This document shows positions 1-10,288 of a stretch of DNA of 64,000 bases, piece by piece. The translations under genes were made by a program, and so were the position numbers. Origin of the DNA: an uncultured virus (IMG/VR IMGVR_UViG_3300027816_000062) (lineage: Duplodnaviria > Heunggongvirae > Uroviricota > Caudoviricetes); the IMG/VR virus record IMGVR_UViG_3300027816_000062; one strand, 5' to 3'. The notes below the pieces were generated by a model that saw only the letters and a program-made list of their open reading frames with translations, had not been told where the DNA came from and did not search any database. Position 1 is the stretch's first letter. The number at the start of each line of letters is the position of its first letter.

Positions 1-624
1 ATTAAGTACCCCAGAACCATGCATCTGCCCTGGAGCAATCCATCTTCAGATGACAAAGTTATCAAAAGCCTTGAGTTTTTCGAGGGGCAAGATATTGTTG
101 TGACTGAAAAAATGGACGGAGAAAATACAACGATGTATTGTGATTTTATTCACGCAAGATCGTTAGAGTATGCTCGCGGAGATGATCGCGGGTTCGTGAA
201 ATCACTTCAGGCGCAGATTGGATATAAAATTCCCGATGGTTGGAGAATTTGTGGAGAAAATCTTTATGCCAAGCATTCAATCCATTATAACAACTTGCCA
301 AGTTTCTTTTTGGTGTTTTCTGTATGGGATGAGAATAACGTTTGTCTTTCATGGGATAAAACCGTAGATTTCGCAAAGTCGCTTGATTTGCAAATGGTTC
401 CTGTTTTGTATCGAGGAGAATGGAATGAGAAAGTTGTCCGATCATTATATAAAGAAGGAACAGAAGGATATGTTGTAAGACGATCAGATTCCTTTCATTA
501 TGACGAATTTCAGAATTGTGTTGCCAAATACGTTCGCGCCAATCATGTGACAACAGATAAGCACTGGCGACATACTCAAATTATTCCAAATCAACTTAGG
601 GAGCAAAATCTCCCCGTTTTTTAA
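1..624 (+). CDS. ATP-dependent RNA ligase family protein (5' truncated by window)
   Basis: KYPRTMHLPWS N-terminus, motif I TEKMDGEN, ICGENLY, EGYVVR, AKYVR; frame is open back to base 1. Confidence 0.85.
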   Translation: MKYPRTMHLPWSNPSSDDKVIKSLEFFEGQDIVVTEKMDGENTTMYCDFIHARSLEYARGDDRGFVKSLQAQIGYKIPDGWRICGENLYAKHSIHYNNLPSFFLVFSVWDENNVCLSWDKTVDFAKSLDLQMVPVLYRGEWNEKVVRSLYKEGTEGYVVRRSDSFHYDEFQNCVAKYVRANHVTTDKHWRHTQIIPNQLREQNLPVF

Positions 625-647
625 ATAATGATCGGATATATAAGACA

Positions 648-992
648 ATGAATGATTCTGCTGATAATTTCTCCGAGCCGCAAGAATTCGGCACCAAGCC
701 GTTCATTTATTTTGAAGAGGGCGAGCCAGAAGACTACCCTCAAAGATATGGAGTAGTTCTTGTGCTTTCTGATTTTGCCCTGGCGGCAAAAGGGCTCGGC
801 CCTGAAGACAAAGATGAATTACTAATTCGAGGCGCAGTGAGTTATCGTGAATGTCTTAATATGGCCAGGGCTAAATGGAAACAAACCGTATTTTTTAAAG
901 GTAAGGAAGGGAAAATGTATTCGAAAATCTCCATTGAAGGCCCCGATGTGAGAACTACATGGAATAGACCCGAAACCCCGATCATTCCATAA
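648..992 (+). CDS. hypothetical protein
   Basis: ORF directly behind repeated promoter motif. Confidence 0.75.
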   Translation: MNDSADNFSEPQEFGTKPFIYFEEGEPEDYPQRYGVVLVLSDFALAAKGLGPEDKDELLIRGAVSYRECLNMARAKWKQTVFFKGKEGKMYSKISIEGPDVRTTWNRPETPIIP

Positions 993-1033
993 AAAATCCC
1001 CTCTTTTCAGAATTCTGATCGGATATAAAAGGC
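991..1033 (+). promoter_or_regulatory. representative copy of repeated putative phage promoter AAAAATCCCC-N16-ATCGGATATAAAA; many tens of copies across the window on both strands
   Basis: same bipartite motif before most ORFs and several RNA genes; start codon about 33 nt after the C-run. Confidence 0.8.
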
Positions 1034-1519
1034 ATGAATGATTTAATTCTCGTATATCTGGGCGAAGAAATTGTGAGCGTGGTTGAAGAAAATTCCGACA
1101 TGCACAAAAGATACATTCAAAGAAACAAAGAATCAGCTCAAAAACGCATTACTGATTGGCGAAAACGCTTTGATGATGCTCATATGATTTATCATAATTT
1201 TGCTCGGCATGGAAATAATCTGGCCGAATTCCTTGATAACGATTGTTCGCATTATTGTGATGCTTATATAACATATAAAGAAAAAGGCCTTGATGCTGCT
1301 CGGGATTCATTGCCGTTTCAATGTCTTTATGATGTGAATTTCCATAACACAGCATTACGTCTTTATTATAAACAAAATAAAATTAAAGATTTTTATAAAT
1401 TCTTATCAAAATTCACTGATGAAGAATTCTATCGTGTTACTTTTGGCGAACCTGAAAATGATGGTGAGTTTCAGTTCGTGAAAGCACCTTATAATGTTGA
1501 GCCACCGATCATTCCATAA
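1034..1519 (+). CDS. hypothetical protein, paralog of 1561..2043
   Basis: both start MNDLILV and share CLYD and IKDF motifs. Confidence 0.8.
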   Translation: MNDLILVYLGEEIVSVVEENSDMHKRYIQRNKESAQKRITDWRKRFDDAHMIYHNFARHGNNLAEFLDNDCSHYCDAYITYKEKGLDAARDSLPFQCLYDVNFHNTALRLYYKQNKIKDFYKFLSKFTDEEFYRVTFGEPENDGEFQFVKAPYNVEPPIIP

Positions 1520-1560
1520 AAAATCCCCTCTTTTCGTAAGACTGATCGTATATAAAAGAC

Positions 1561-2043
1561 ATGAATGATTTAATTCTCGTATCTCGCGGCAATAAGCCGC
1601 TGTGTGTAGTAGATGAAAGCTCTGATTTGTATCAAGAACTTGTCAGAGAAAACGAAGAGGCTATGCAAGGTGAAATTAATCACTGGTTAACGCCCTTTGA
1701 TGATGAATCTTTGATTTATTACAATTTTAACGAGTGGCCCGAAACAGAAAGCCTTACCGAATACATTGGAAACTTAACGCTTGGTTCACATGCGGCTTTC
1801 TACAAAGATATGCTTAAAGAAAAGGGTATTGAAGCAGTGAAGAAATCACTTAAATACCGATGTCTTTATGATTATCATCTTGCCACAGTCGGCTATGATA
1901 TTTTTCTTAAACAAGATGAAATCAAGGATTTCAAAAAGTTTGCAAAAACTTTAACTCCTAAAGATATTTTCATACAACTGTACGGAGACACTTCAAAATT
2001 GTTCAAGTTCACTGCAATCCCCTACAATACTTTTCCCGAGTAA
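1561..2043 (+). CDS. hypothetical protein, paralog of 1034..1519
   Basis: promoter motif; similarity to neighbour. Confidence 0.8.
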   Translation: MNDLILVSRGNKPLCVVDESSDLYQELVRENEEAMQGEINHWLTPFDDESLIYYNFNEWPETESLTEYIGNLTLGSHAAFYKDMLKEKGIEAVKKSLKYRCLYDYHLATVGYDIFLKQDEIKDFKKFAKTLTPKDIFIQLYGDTSKLFKFTAIPYNTFPE

Positions 2044-2050
2044 ATAAAAT

Positions 2051-2659
2051 ATGAGCACATTTTTTACTGCCGATTGGCACTTATCAGAAACACGATTGGA
2101 AATTATGTCGCGAGACATTTTTGACAGCCCCGAACACATGAATGAATCTTTGATTAATCTTCATAACATCAACTCAAAAGTTAAGAAGAATGACGAAGTA
2201 TATGTGATCGGAGATGTGATTTTTCGAGATGCTAATGTCGAAGAAACTCTTCCTTTGATCGAAAGATTTAACGGAAGAAAGATTCTTATTCGAGGAAATC
2301 ATGATCGTCACATAACAGATGAACAGTTTAGCCCATTTTTCGAGGAAATCATCCCCGAGGGAGAAGGCATTGAAATGATGATCGGAGATATTCCTTGTTA
2401 TTTAACACACTATCCAACTCGGGGGAAGAAATATAAGTATAATCTAGTTGGGCACATTCATGGTGCATGGAAACACCAACTGAATATGCTTAATGTTGGA
2501 GTCGATGTTCATCATTTTTGCCCCGTAAATGAAAAGTTTGTTTCAAAGTATTTCACAGCAATTACTGAATACTATGATGAAGATGTTTGGGTGGCATATA
2601 ATGAAATCAACTCGCGATATCGAAACAATCGAGGAAAGAAAGGTACATATTTCCCATGA
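2051..2659 (+). CDS. calcineurin-like metallophosphoesterase
   Basis: DWH, GD, GNHD, THYP and GHIH motifs. Confidence 0.9.
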   Translation: MSTFFTADWHLSETRLEIMSRDIFDSPEHMNESLINLHNINSKVKKNDEVYVIGDVIFRDANVEETLPLIERFNGRKILIRGNHDRHITDEQFSPFFEEIIPEGEGIEMMIGDIPCYLTHYPTRGKKYKYNLVGHIHGAWKHQLNMLNVGVDVHHFCPVNEKFVSKYFTAITEYYDEDVWVAYNEINSRYRNNRGKKGTYFP

Positions 2660-3006
2660 GATCAGAAGAATTTGATGAATATATGAGAGAAATTAGCAAC
2701 GAATTGCGCGTAACGCTAAAGCTGCCACCAAAGTATTTAAAAGGCTTTGAACCCGAACATTGGTCATTTACGCAATTAGAGCCGCTTAGTTTTGAAAAGC
2801 AACAAAAAATCAAGGAGCATTTCAGTAAAGAAATCCGAGACGCGCTTGACGACTATCTGAGTATTAAGGAAGAGTACCCCGATTGTGTGTGGGCTATTCT
2901 CAACTCAATTAAAAGGCAGGCCTCAAGATATGGAAACAAAACTCTCTGGAGAGAAATTTTCGCCCCTCACCTCGAAGAAGAAAAACTCAAAGAAATTTTC
3001 CCCTAA
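2656..3006 (+). CDS. hypothetical protein
   Basis: ATGA overlap with upstream gene. Confidence 0.7.
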   Translation: MRSEEFDEYMREISNELRVTLKLPPKYLKGFEPEHWSFTQLEPLSFEKQQKIKEHFSKEIRDALDDYLSIKEEYPDCVWAILNSIKRQASRYGNKTLWREIFAPHLEEEKLKEIFP

Positions 3007-3035
3007 ATTTCGAGTTATCCTTTGATATAAAAGGC

Positions 3036-3314
3036 ATGGACAAAGAAGCCATTAAACTAGCCATCTTGCCCCGTGGATCAAAACTAATCGAGGGTGAAGA
3101 AATTAAGTATTATCTTGTTCTCGGGATCGTGGCCACGAACAAGGACATCAACTGGGAAAAAGACTTTGTGACTATGGAAAGCGCAATCGGCTCGCCGATC
3201 ACAGATAAAATTGAGAAAATGACCAAGATGAAACTTGATGAAGATTGCGGAGACGCGAATTCTGTGTTAATGAAACTTCATAACACCAACAGAAACGAAC
3301 TTGAAGAACTCTAA
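3036..3314 (+). CDS. hypothetical protein
   Basis: promoter motif variant upstream. Confidence 0.7.
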   Translation: MDKEAIKLAILPRGSKLIEGEEIKYYLVLGIVATNKDINWEKDFVTMESAIGSPITDKIEKMTKMKLDEDCGDANSVLMKLHNTNRNELEEL

Positions 3315-3607
3315 TGGAACAAGACGTTTCTCAATATATTTTCATCTCACAAGAAAGCATTGACAAAGCTAAGAAACTTATGAAAAAAGCTCCAGAATCA
3401 TTAGAAGATTGGGCAGAAGAAAATTCGCGGAAAGAACGCCGATTAGAAACTCGACGCAGATACTATCGTGAAAACAAAATTCAAATCAATGTTCGACGTA
3501 AAGAACGAAAAGAAGAAATTCGAGCTGAACAGATTAGAACAGAAAAAGAACTATCGGACAAGCTTCAAATGACACTAAATTTTGATTCTGATCGTAGTAA
3601 TAATTAA
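3314..3607 (+). CDS. hypothetical charged/coiled-coil protein
   Basis: TAATG coupling to upstream gene. Confidence 0.65.
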   Translation: MEQDVSQYIFISQESIDKAKKLMKKAPESLEDWAEENSRKERRLETRRRYYRENKIQINVRRKERKEEIRAEQIRTEKELSDKLQMTLNFDSDRSNN

Positions 3608-3608
3608 G

Positions 3609-4841
3609 ATGAGAAGTTTTTTGTCTCAGGATTTATATAAAATTACGATGAGCCAAGCAGTTTGGCGACTGTTTCCTAATGCCTGGGTGAAATATCACTA
3701 TAAGCTTCGAACAAAAAACGTCAATCTTGCCCCGATTAAAGATCGAATTGATCGCAAAATTCATCAACTTCAAGGTATTGGGCCGACGGCGCTAGAAATC
3801 AACTTTCTTCGATCATTGGGATATTTTGATCCGTCATTTTTGGCATCATTGGCACATTTCAAACTGAACCCAGATGCGTATGTGAAAACAAGCGTGGATC
3901 AAGGGCATTTTGATCTCGTGATCGAAGGACCTTGGTATGATACGATCTTCTTCGAAGTTATGCTGTTGCAAATCATCTCGGAAACATATTTCGAAGATCA
4001 CGCCCGCGAACACCCAGAGGTTTTCGAGGAAGGCAGACAGCGATTGAATGAAAAAATCGAGCACTTGCTTCACATCTACGATCAGTATACAGATCATTAC
4101 GAAAGTCTAAGGGACCTTGAGGGCGGGGGAGAACTCAATCCTTTCTGCCTGATGGAATTCGGCACTCGTCGAGCTTTTTCAGAATCGTGGCAAGGAGAAG
4201 TTGTTGAAACACTTGCGCAAAAACTTCCGCGTGAAATGTTCCTCGGTACATCAAACGTGTATTGGGCACAACAACTTGGGCTTAAGCCACAAGGCACGAT
4301 GGCGCACGAATATATCTGTGCTCATGGAGCGCTTTATCCCTTGCATGAGGCGCAAAAGCAAGCTTTCTACAATTGGAACAAGGTGTTCCAAGGCAAGCTC
4401 GGAACCGCGCTTTCAGATACATTCACTTTTGATCAATTCCTAAGAGACTTTGATTCGGGCTTGGCCAACTTGTTTACAGGAGCTAGGCACGACTCTGGTG
4501 ATCCGTTCGAGTGGGGCCACAAACTCATTGAACACTATCGAACACTGGGAATCAACACTCATACCAAAGTGGCTGTGTGGAGCGATAATCTAGATATCGA
4601 GCTGGCAGAAAAGCTTTGGAAAACTTTTGCCCCGAAAATTAAAACATCATTCGGGATCGGGACCAATTTGACTAATGACATGGGGTTAAAGCCTTTGTCA
4701 CAAGTCATTAAGCTTACTCATGTGAACAACATGCCAGTGATTAAGATTAGTGATGAACCCGAGAAAGTGATGTGCGAAGATGAAACATACAAGGCCTGGG
4801 CTTTGCGACTATTTACAGAAATTTTACCAAATCAATCATGA
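3609..4841 (+). CDS. pncB: nicotinate phosphoribosyltransferase
   Basis: DLYKITM, EFGTRR, GTSNV, GTMAHE, RHDSGDP, FGIGTNLTND and KISDEP motifs. Confidence 0.92.
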   Translation: MRSFLSQDLYKITMSQAVWRLFPNAWVKYHYKLRTKNVNLAPIKDRIDRKIHQLQGIGPTALEINFLRSLGYFDPSFLASLAHFKLNPDAYVKTSVDQGHFDLVIEGPWYDTIFFEVMLLQIISETYFEDHAREHPEVFEEGRQRLNEKIEHLLHIYDQYTDHYESLRDLEGGGELNPFCLMEFGTRRAFSESWQGEVVETLAQKLPREMFLGTSNVYWAQQLGLKPQGTMAHEYICAHGALYPLHEAQKQAFYNWNKVFQGKLGTALSDTFTFDQFLRDFDSGLANLFTGARHDSGDPFEWGHKLIEHYRTLGINTHTKVAVWSDNLDIELAEKLWKTFAPKIKTSFGIGTNLTNDMGLKPLSQVIKLTHVNNMPVIKISDEPEKVMCEDETYKAWALRLFTEILPNQS

Positions 4842-5260
4842 TCGTAGAAACTCCTCAGTTAAACGAAAGCGAACTTAATAATGAACAGCTCACATATTGG
4901 GCATACTTTACGTATCTGCCCCATATCGGACACTATTACCAACAATTTGCCTCATCGCAGATGGTCAAACATAAAGTGATTTCAGGAGTGATGCTTTTTT
5001 CAAGCCCCGAAGAATGTGAACGAGTATGTTCGTGGTCAGGAGCAGCTATAGGATCGGGGGCAGTGGAAATTACATTTCAAGAAGCCAAAGATCATTCGAT
5101 CATGTCTCAAAAAGAGTATCCTCATATTACTCCAGTGATTTTCTTCTGTGACGGCATGATCGAGGCTTCATTTTTCGAAGAACACTCTATGGATGAAATT
5201 AAAAATCTTTCAGAATCAATTAAAGATAAAATGATCCCGAGTAAATTTGTATACGTGTAA
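4838..5260 (+). CDS. hypothetical protein
   Basis: ATGA overlap with pncB. Confidence 0.7.
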   Translation: MIVETPQLNESELNNEQLTYWAYFTYLPHIGHYYQQFASSQMVKHKVISGVMLFSSPEECERVCSWSGAAIGSGAVEITFQEAKDHSIMSQKEYPHITPVIFFCDGMIEASFFEEHSMDEIKNLSESIKDKMIPSKFVYV

Positions 5261-5327
5261 AAATCCCCTATTCTTGTGGCCCAATTTGAATGTATAAAGG
5301 GATGAATACATTTATGGGAGGCGTGTT

Positions 5328-5573
5328 TTGAACTACGCTTGGGAAGTGACCGTTGACGATGTTTTTTATGCTATCAATGCAAATGACATAAAAATCTCGT
5401 GGGAAAACGCAAACAAAATTCATGACATGCTTGATCATGATGAAGTCGTAGCTGCTGCGCTTTATGGCGAAGACATGGACGATCAGGCCGCATATGCAAG
5501 CGATGAAATTCGCAATCAAGTCTTTGACGAAAGTGGAAACTTGCGCACAGAGTTTGCCTTCGCAGGGGGATAA
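5328..5573 (+). CDS. hypothetical acidic protein
   Basis: GGAGG then TTG start; start uncertain. Confidence 0.6.
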   Translation: MNYAWEVTVDDVFYAINANDIKISWENANKIHDMLDHDEVVAAALYGEDMDDQAAYASDEIRNQVFDESGNLRTEFAFAGG

Positions 5574-5613
5574 AAATCCCCTGTTTTCTTTCTTCTGATC
5601 GGATATATAAATC

Positions 5614-6051
5614 ATGACGCCAAGCGAACAACAATACAAAGAAGCTTCTTACAGTGTCCTTTTCCAGAAAGGATGTGTGATCAAAGACGAACGAGACATC
5701 ATCAAGTATTATTCAAATACACTGAACGCAGATTATACGGAAACCAAACGAGCCTTAAAAGACCTCCAAGCCAATGGTATTAATATTGGGGAAAGCTCTT
5801 TGCCCTCTGATGGATATGGTTCTGTATTTAATGGAACTGACGCAAATAATATTGAAATTGAGTATATGAGCGCCACGATAGTGTCTAATTCAGGTGCTAA
5901 GTATTTTTGGGCCGTGCAAGTAGGATCATTGTCCAAGGTCATCAAACTCTTGACAAATCCAATGTCTTTAGAGGACGCCTTGTTTGTTTTGGCTCAGAGA
6001 CTTGAACGAGTCAATGACAGCCAAGAACTTGCTTACAACTCGGGACTGTAA
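5614..6051 (+). CDS. hypothetical protein, paralog of 6711..7235
   Basis: shared GCVI..DII..YS and TIVSN.G motifs. Confidence 0.8.
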   Translation: MTPSEQQYKEASYSVLFQKGCVIKDERDIIKYYSNTLNADYTETKRALKDLQANGINIGESSLPSDGYGSVFNGTDANNIEIEYMSATIVSNSGAKYFWAVQVGSLSKVIKLLTNPMSLEDALFVLAQRLERVNDSQELAYNSGL

Positions 6052-6092
6052 AAAATCCCCCATATTCATAATCCCAATCGGATATATAAAGC

Positions 6093-6668
6093 ATGGCTAA
6101 ATACACGTTCACAACTTATCGACGAAAGCAAGGCACATCTGAATTCACGGTAGTAAATCAAGAAACCCTTGATCGTTATTCTGATTATCGCAATTGTAGT
6201 GTGCTTGATGATTTTGTGATTGTTCACAATCATAAAACTGGCACATATCATAATTTTTGCCGAAAAGACTTCTATGGCGATGTTGATGGGCAAATTATTT
6301 TCGGATGCAATCTATTTGGAGTTCCTGTTGTTGAACACAAAGATGATATGCAAATTCATTCTGTGACTTTCGCACAGGTAGCGACGTCGTGGCGCAATCG
6401 AGACGTCTGTGTTCATTTTGACCGCAGCATTCATCCGCAAGATTTTCAAGATGTCCATGCCCTCATCGCCGCTATTGAAAATGCGCTTAAGAACATTCAT
6501 GGACAAAGCCAAGCTGCCAACCATGGAAGAATGTTGGCATGCGGAGGAGAAAATGCATATAGAGCCTATAACATGGGGGAAGTTTATTTTGCAATTTACC
6601 TTATACATCAGCGAACTGGCGCAAGAGTTGTCACACTTAATAATCGCGTGGGGATTTTTTACTACTAA
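6093..6668 (+). CDS. hypothetical protein
   Basis: promoter motif; weak similarity to 7639..8202. Confidence 0.75.
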   Translation: MAKYTFTTYRRKQGTSEFTVVNQETLDRYSDYRNCSVLDDFVIVHNHKTGTYHNFCRKDFYGDVDGQIIFGCNLFGVPVVEHKDDMQIHSVTFAQVATSWRNRDVCVHFDRSIHPQDFQDVHALIAAIENALKNIHGQSQAANHGRMLACGGENAYRAYNMGEVYFAIYLIHQRTGARVVTLNNRVGIFYY

Positions 6669-6710
6669 AAAATCCCCGATTTTCACCACTCCAATCGGAT
6701 ATATAATCAC

Positions 6711-7235
6711 ATGAACTTTGCTCACGAACTTAAAGCCAAGGTGTGTTGCATCCTTTTACAATCGGGATGTGTAATTCGTAACCCAGATGACATCATACAA
6801 ACATATAGCCAACGAATTGACGCTGATTTTCGAGCCACGGAAATGGCTTATGAAGATTTCAAACAAAATGGAATTGACCTAGAGGCATCGTCAACGATTG
6901 AAGATGGAACCGAGGGCGCATTTGATGGCTCATTTAATGAGCCTCTTCAAGTCCCTTATATTAAGTGCACGATTGTTTCCAACACGGGCATATCTTATCC
7001 TTTCGCGGCTCAAACAGGAGGAAAACTTGATAACTCACTATCGGCTATTATGAAACTTCTTTGTTCTAATCATGATATTAATGAGTCTCTTGAAGAACTC
7101 AAGACGCGATTAGAAGATGTTAAGAAGCAAACTCAGAAAATCGAGCGTGATGGACCCTACAAAGCCATGTTTGAAAGAGACTATGAGCTTATGCTCGATA
7201 GTCACTTGGCCTATGAGAGTTATTGCTATCTCTAA
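6711..7235 (+). CDS. hypothetical protein, paralog of 5614..6051
   Basis: promoter motif; paralogy. Confidence 0.8.
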   Translation: MNFAHELKAKVCCILLQSGCVIRNPDDIIQTYSQRIDADFRATEMAYEDFKQNGIDLEASSTIEDGTEGAFDGSFNEPLQVPYIKCTIVSNTGISYPFAAQTGGKLDNSLSAIMKLLCSNHDINESLEELKTRLEDVKKQTQKIERDGPYKAMFERDYELMLDSHLAYESYCYL

Positions 7236-7247
7236 AACAAAACAGAC

Positions 7248-7655
7248 ATGATTAAAAAACTAACAAAAGCACTCGAAAATAAAGCACAATTAAACTTTTC
7301 CGATGAAACCTTGGCACATATGCAACTAGGTCTCGCGATGATGCAAGCCGCGCAAATTTACCGTGACGCGATTAAAGCACTTCTTTCAGATCATGACGAA
7401 GAGGTTTTCGATGAAAGAATCAAAAGTGCCATGAATGAACACAACATCTGTGCATTAACGACTTTGATTGACTATATGTATGATGGTGGAGAAAACTATC
7501 TTGATGTGAATCTCAGTCACCTTACAGATGAAGAAGTTGAAAAAATGCCACTATCAGAAACAAACATGTATCACTTCCTGTTTATCCCCGTGAAGAAAAA
7601 TCCCCTAAATTTTTCACTAACAATGAATATAAAAGCCAATGATGAACCCCAATAA
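7248..7655 (+). CDS. hypothetical protein
   Basis: ORF in dense gene array. Confidence 0.7.
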   Translation: MIKKLTKALENKAQLNFSDETLAHMQLGLAMMQAAQIYRDAIKALLSDHDEEVFDERIKSAMNEHNICALTTLIDYMYDGGENYLDVNLSHLTDEEVEKMPLSETNMYHFLFIPVKKNPLNFSLTMNIKANDEPQ

Positions 7656-8202
7656 TCTCGCACTTTATAAAGCATCCACAGAGTATTTTAAGCAAGACCC
7701 TAAAACACTCCAGTTTTACTCTGTGGATTTTGAAGATGACGACACATTGCGCACATTACAAGGCATCGGATCAGTTGTTGTCCGCACGCACCCGCGCACT
7801 GAACTGATTTCTTTCTATGCTGATTTTCGCAACAAAGAATTGCAATATGCGCTCGGAGTTAAAATGCTCGGGGTTAATTTTGCCACGATCAGAGAACTAA
7901 CTCCCAATTGCAGCTTTTTTGATGATGAATGTACGTTCTATTTTCATGCCGAAAATCCAGATCAATTAGGAGATGTATATTTCCAAGAATACAGACGATA
8001 TCACAATCTTAGAGACAATTTAGCACAAACATCAAAGCTCAGTCGAAAGAAAATCGCTAAAGAGCTTGAACATTTTGATTCTTATGAAGAATATCGAGCT
8101 TTTCGAGCTGGGGCAATTTTCTTCGTGATCTTTAACATCTGCCGAAAGTATAATATGACTTTTGTGCAAATCCCTTCATGCAGACTGGATCGAGCTTTTT
8201 AA
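7639..8202 (+). CDS. hypothetical protein
   Basis: promoter motif embedded in end of upstream ORF. Confidence 0.75.
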   Translation: MMNPNNLALYKASTEYFKQDPKTLQFYSVDFEDDDTLRTLQGIGSVVVRTHPRTELISFYADFRNKELQYALGVKMLGVNFATIRELTPNCSFFDDECTFYFHAENPDQLGDVYFQEYRRYHNLRDNLAQTSKLSRKKIAKELEHFDSYEEYRAFRAGAIFFVIFNICRKYNMTFVQIPSCRLDRAF

Positions 8203-8203
8203 A

Positions 8204-8632
8204 ATGCAGACATTTCTTCCATATCCTGATTTTAAGAAAAGCGCACAGTCTCTCGATTATAGACGATTGCAAAACCAGATCGTTGAATGCCACCAATTGC
8301 TTAAAGCTCTCACGAGCCCCGAGCCAAGAGGGTGGCGAAACCACCCAGCTGCACTTATGTGGAAGGGGCATGAAAAGGCGTTAGCACAATATGCTGAAGC
8401 GTGCTGGGATGAATGGAAAAATCGAGGCTACGGCCCCGATCACAAATCCATTGTTAAAATTCGAGAAATAGCGCAAGCACTTCGATCAACAGACGAATCG
8501 CCCCGATGGATCGGTGATGAAGAATTTCATGCTTCTCATCGGGGAAATCTACTAAGAAAAGATTTGGCTTATTATAGCCAATACAACTGGACAGAAAGCC
8601 CCGATCTGGAGTATATCTGGCCAACACCATAA
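8204..8632 (+). CDS. pyrimidine dimer DNA glycosylase / MSMEG_6728-like protein
   Basis: MQTFLPY..LD..RL..Q.VE..Q, HPA..MW.G and HASHRGNLLRKD motifs. Confidence 0.85.
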   Translation: MQTFLPYPDFKKSAQSLDYRRLQNQIVECHQLLKALTSPEPRGWRNHPAALMWKGHEKALAQYAEACWDEWKNRGYGPDHKSIVKIREIAQALRSTDESPRWIGDEEFHASHRGNLLRKDLAYYSQYNWTESPDLEYIWPTP

Positions 8633-8647
8633 AAGAGAACAAACATA

Positions 8648-8839
8648 ATGACCGATAACGAACGACAAGAACTAGAACTCTTCCTTAAAGACATTGAAGT
8701 GCTTCAGGAAACTTTCACCACATTGCCCGATAAGATGCAAAGCACTATCGGCAAGGACATGGCGATTCAGATGGGCGATATTATGCAAGAGATTAAACGA
8801 CTCAAAGCAGAAACGCTTGTTGAGCTAGGGTTGGTTTAA
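8648..8839 (+). CDS. hypothetical protein
   Basis: ORF in array. Confidence 0.65.
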   Translation: MTDNERQELELFLKDIEVLQETFTTLPDKMQSTIGKDMAIQMGDIMQEIKRLKAETLVELGLV

Positions 8840-8844
8840 TTGAC

Positions 8845-9204
8845 ATGACAGAGCAGCAACAAATCAAACTTTTTCAAGAAATAGTCAAGATGGCAGCCAG
8901 TAATCCAACTGCTCATGAATTGGGTGAGTCCGTTGCTGAGTTGTTAAAAGAGAATAACGCGCTCGAATGGTGGGACAAAAAAACCAACCGCACCACATTC
9001 ACCAAAGAAGAACAAGAGGTTATTCACGCAGTAAAAAGTGGTTGGCAGTTTTATCGAATGGATGGTAAAAACTGGTATTGGATGAATGATGTGGAAGACC
9101 CATGGACATGCCCGCGCATGCCGAATATAAGATATGTTTCTACGCGAATGATAAACAGGCTAAAAGCCTGCGGGCAGTTTCCCAAAAACTACAAATTCGC
9201 TTAA
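8845..9204 (+). CDS. hypothetical protein
   Basis: ORF in array. Confidence 0.7.
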   Translation: MTEQQQIKLFQEIVKMAASNPTAHELGESVAELLKENNALEWWDKKTNRTTFTKEEQEVIHAVKSGWQFYRMDGKNWYWMNDVEDPWTCPRMPNIRYVSTRMINRLKACGQFPKNYKFA

Positions 9205-9219
9205 AAATCAATTCATATC

Positions 9220-9627
9220 ATGATCCTGTATCACATTAGCCATCAATACCTCGGGGAAAATCCAACTTTTTCCCCGAAAATCCCCGATCACCCAATGCCA
9301 GGGGAAAATGAAACCATCCCTCGAATTTGCACGGCTCCAACAATCTCGGGATGTTATCTTGCAATTTTGTCAGATTTCTATCTGCTCGCCAAAGAAGGAC
9401 AAGACATCCCCGAATATTTCGTCTATGCAACTGAAACTGACAAAGCTGTTTTCGCAGGGGAAAATGTCCCCGATTCCAACATAACAGGAGAACACTGGAT
9501 TAAGGAGCCAACACAATTTCATCTAATAGGCAAAGCACCTAGAATCAAAATCACAATGAAAAGATATGCCCAGAAACCATTTCTTAACCAACTCAGAAAA
9601 ACCGTGGATGAAACGATCACTTTCTAA
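9220..9627 (+). CDS. hypothetical phage protein
   Basis: LYH.S, IPRIC.APTI.GC and VPD...TGEHW motifs resemble a common phage family. Confidence 0.75.
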   Translation: MILYHISHQYLGENPTFSPKIPDHPMPGENETIPRICTAPTISGCYLAILSDFYLLAKEGQDIPEYFVYATETDKAVFAGENVPDSNITGEHWIKEPTQFHLIGKAPRIKITMKRYAQKPFLNQLRKTVDETITF

Positions 9628-9668
9628 AAAATCCCCCTTTTCATAAACTCTGATCGGATATATAAATC

Positions 9669-9971
9669 ATGCCGAAATTCAAAGTTGATTTCATTGTTCA
9701 GAACTTTCCCGATCCCGACGAGTCCGCATACCTAGCGACAAGAGAAGCTGTTCGCAATCAGCTCAAACATACTAAGGTCAAAACTAGGCAATGGAATAGG
9801 AGCACTACAACTATTGTCTATACAGAATTTTGTGATGATGCTGTGATCGGATATGAAGACTGGAAAGAAAAGTATCTCGAAAGCCTGATCGAAGAAGTCA
9901 AAGAAAAGGGAGTCGTGATCCGAAGTGTTGAGATCACTGCCACATCTTACGAATACATTATCCAAGACTGA
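9669..9971 (+). CDS. hypothetical protein, paralog of 10289..10597
   Basis: shared KH.K..TR.W and DD.VIGY.D..EKYL motifs. Confidence 0.8.
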   Translation: MPKFKVDFIVQNFPDPDESAYLATREAVRNQLKHTKVKTRQWNRSTTTIVYTEFCDDAVIGYEDWKEKYLESLIEEVKEKGVVIRSVEITATSYEYIIQD

Positions 9972-9978
9972 AAACACT

Positions 9979-10281
9979 ATGCCTAAAACTAACACTCAAG
10001 AACTGCTTGATCAAATCGTAGAACAGTGCTTTAATCATCTAACCCCAGGTAAAAACATTCATCTTATCTACAGAGAAGGCAACCCAGTTCCATGGGAATT
10101 AAGAATTGATGATTTTGAAAGCTGGACACATTTGAAAAAAGGTATGTCTTTTATGGGAATGATGATGAAGGTAGCGCAAATTCTAGATTGCGAAAATGGC
10201 GACCAAGAAGTATACAAGACTTATGGATGCCCCACTTGTGGCTGCGGCGACAAAGACATGTATACGCTTAAATTCTGGTGA
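9979..10281 (+). CDS. hypothetical protein with CxxCxC motif
   Basis: ORF in array; GCPTCGCG. Confidence 0.7.
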   Translation: MPKTNTQELLDQIVEQCFNHLTPGKNIHLIYREGNPVPWELRIDDFESWTHLKKGMSFMGMMMKVAQILDCENGDQEVYKTYGCPTCGCGDKDMYTLKFW

Positions 10282-10288
10282 AAACACT

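Noticed and set aside
3609..4841. Nampt of a NARP2-type NAD reconstitution pathway
   Set aside because: Motifs (GTMAHE, RHDSGDP) fit nicotinate PRTase PncB, and no NMNAT partner is visible in the window
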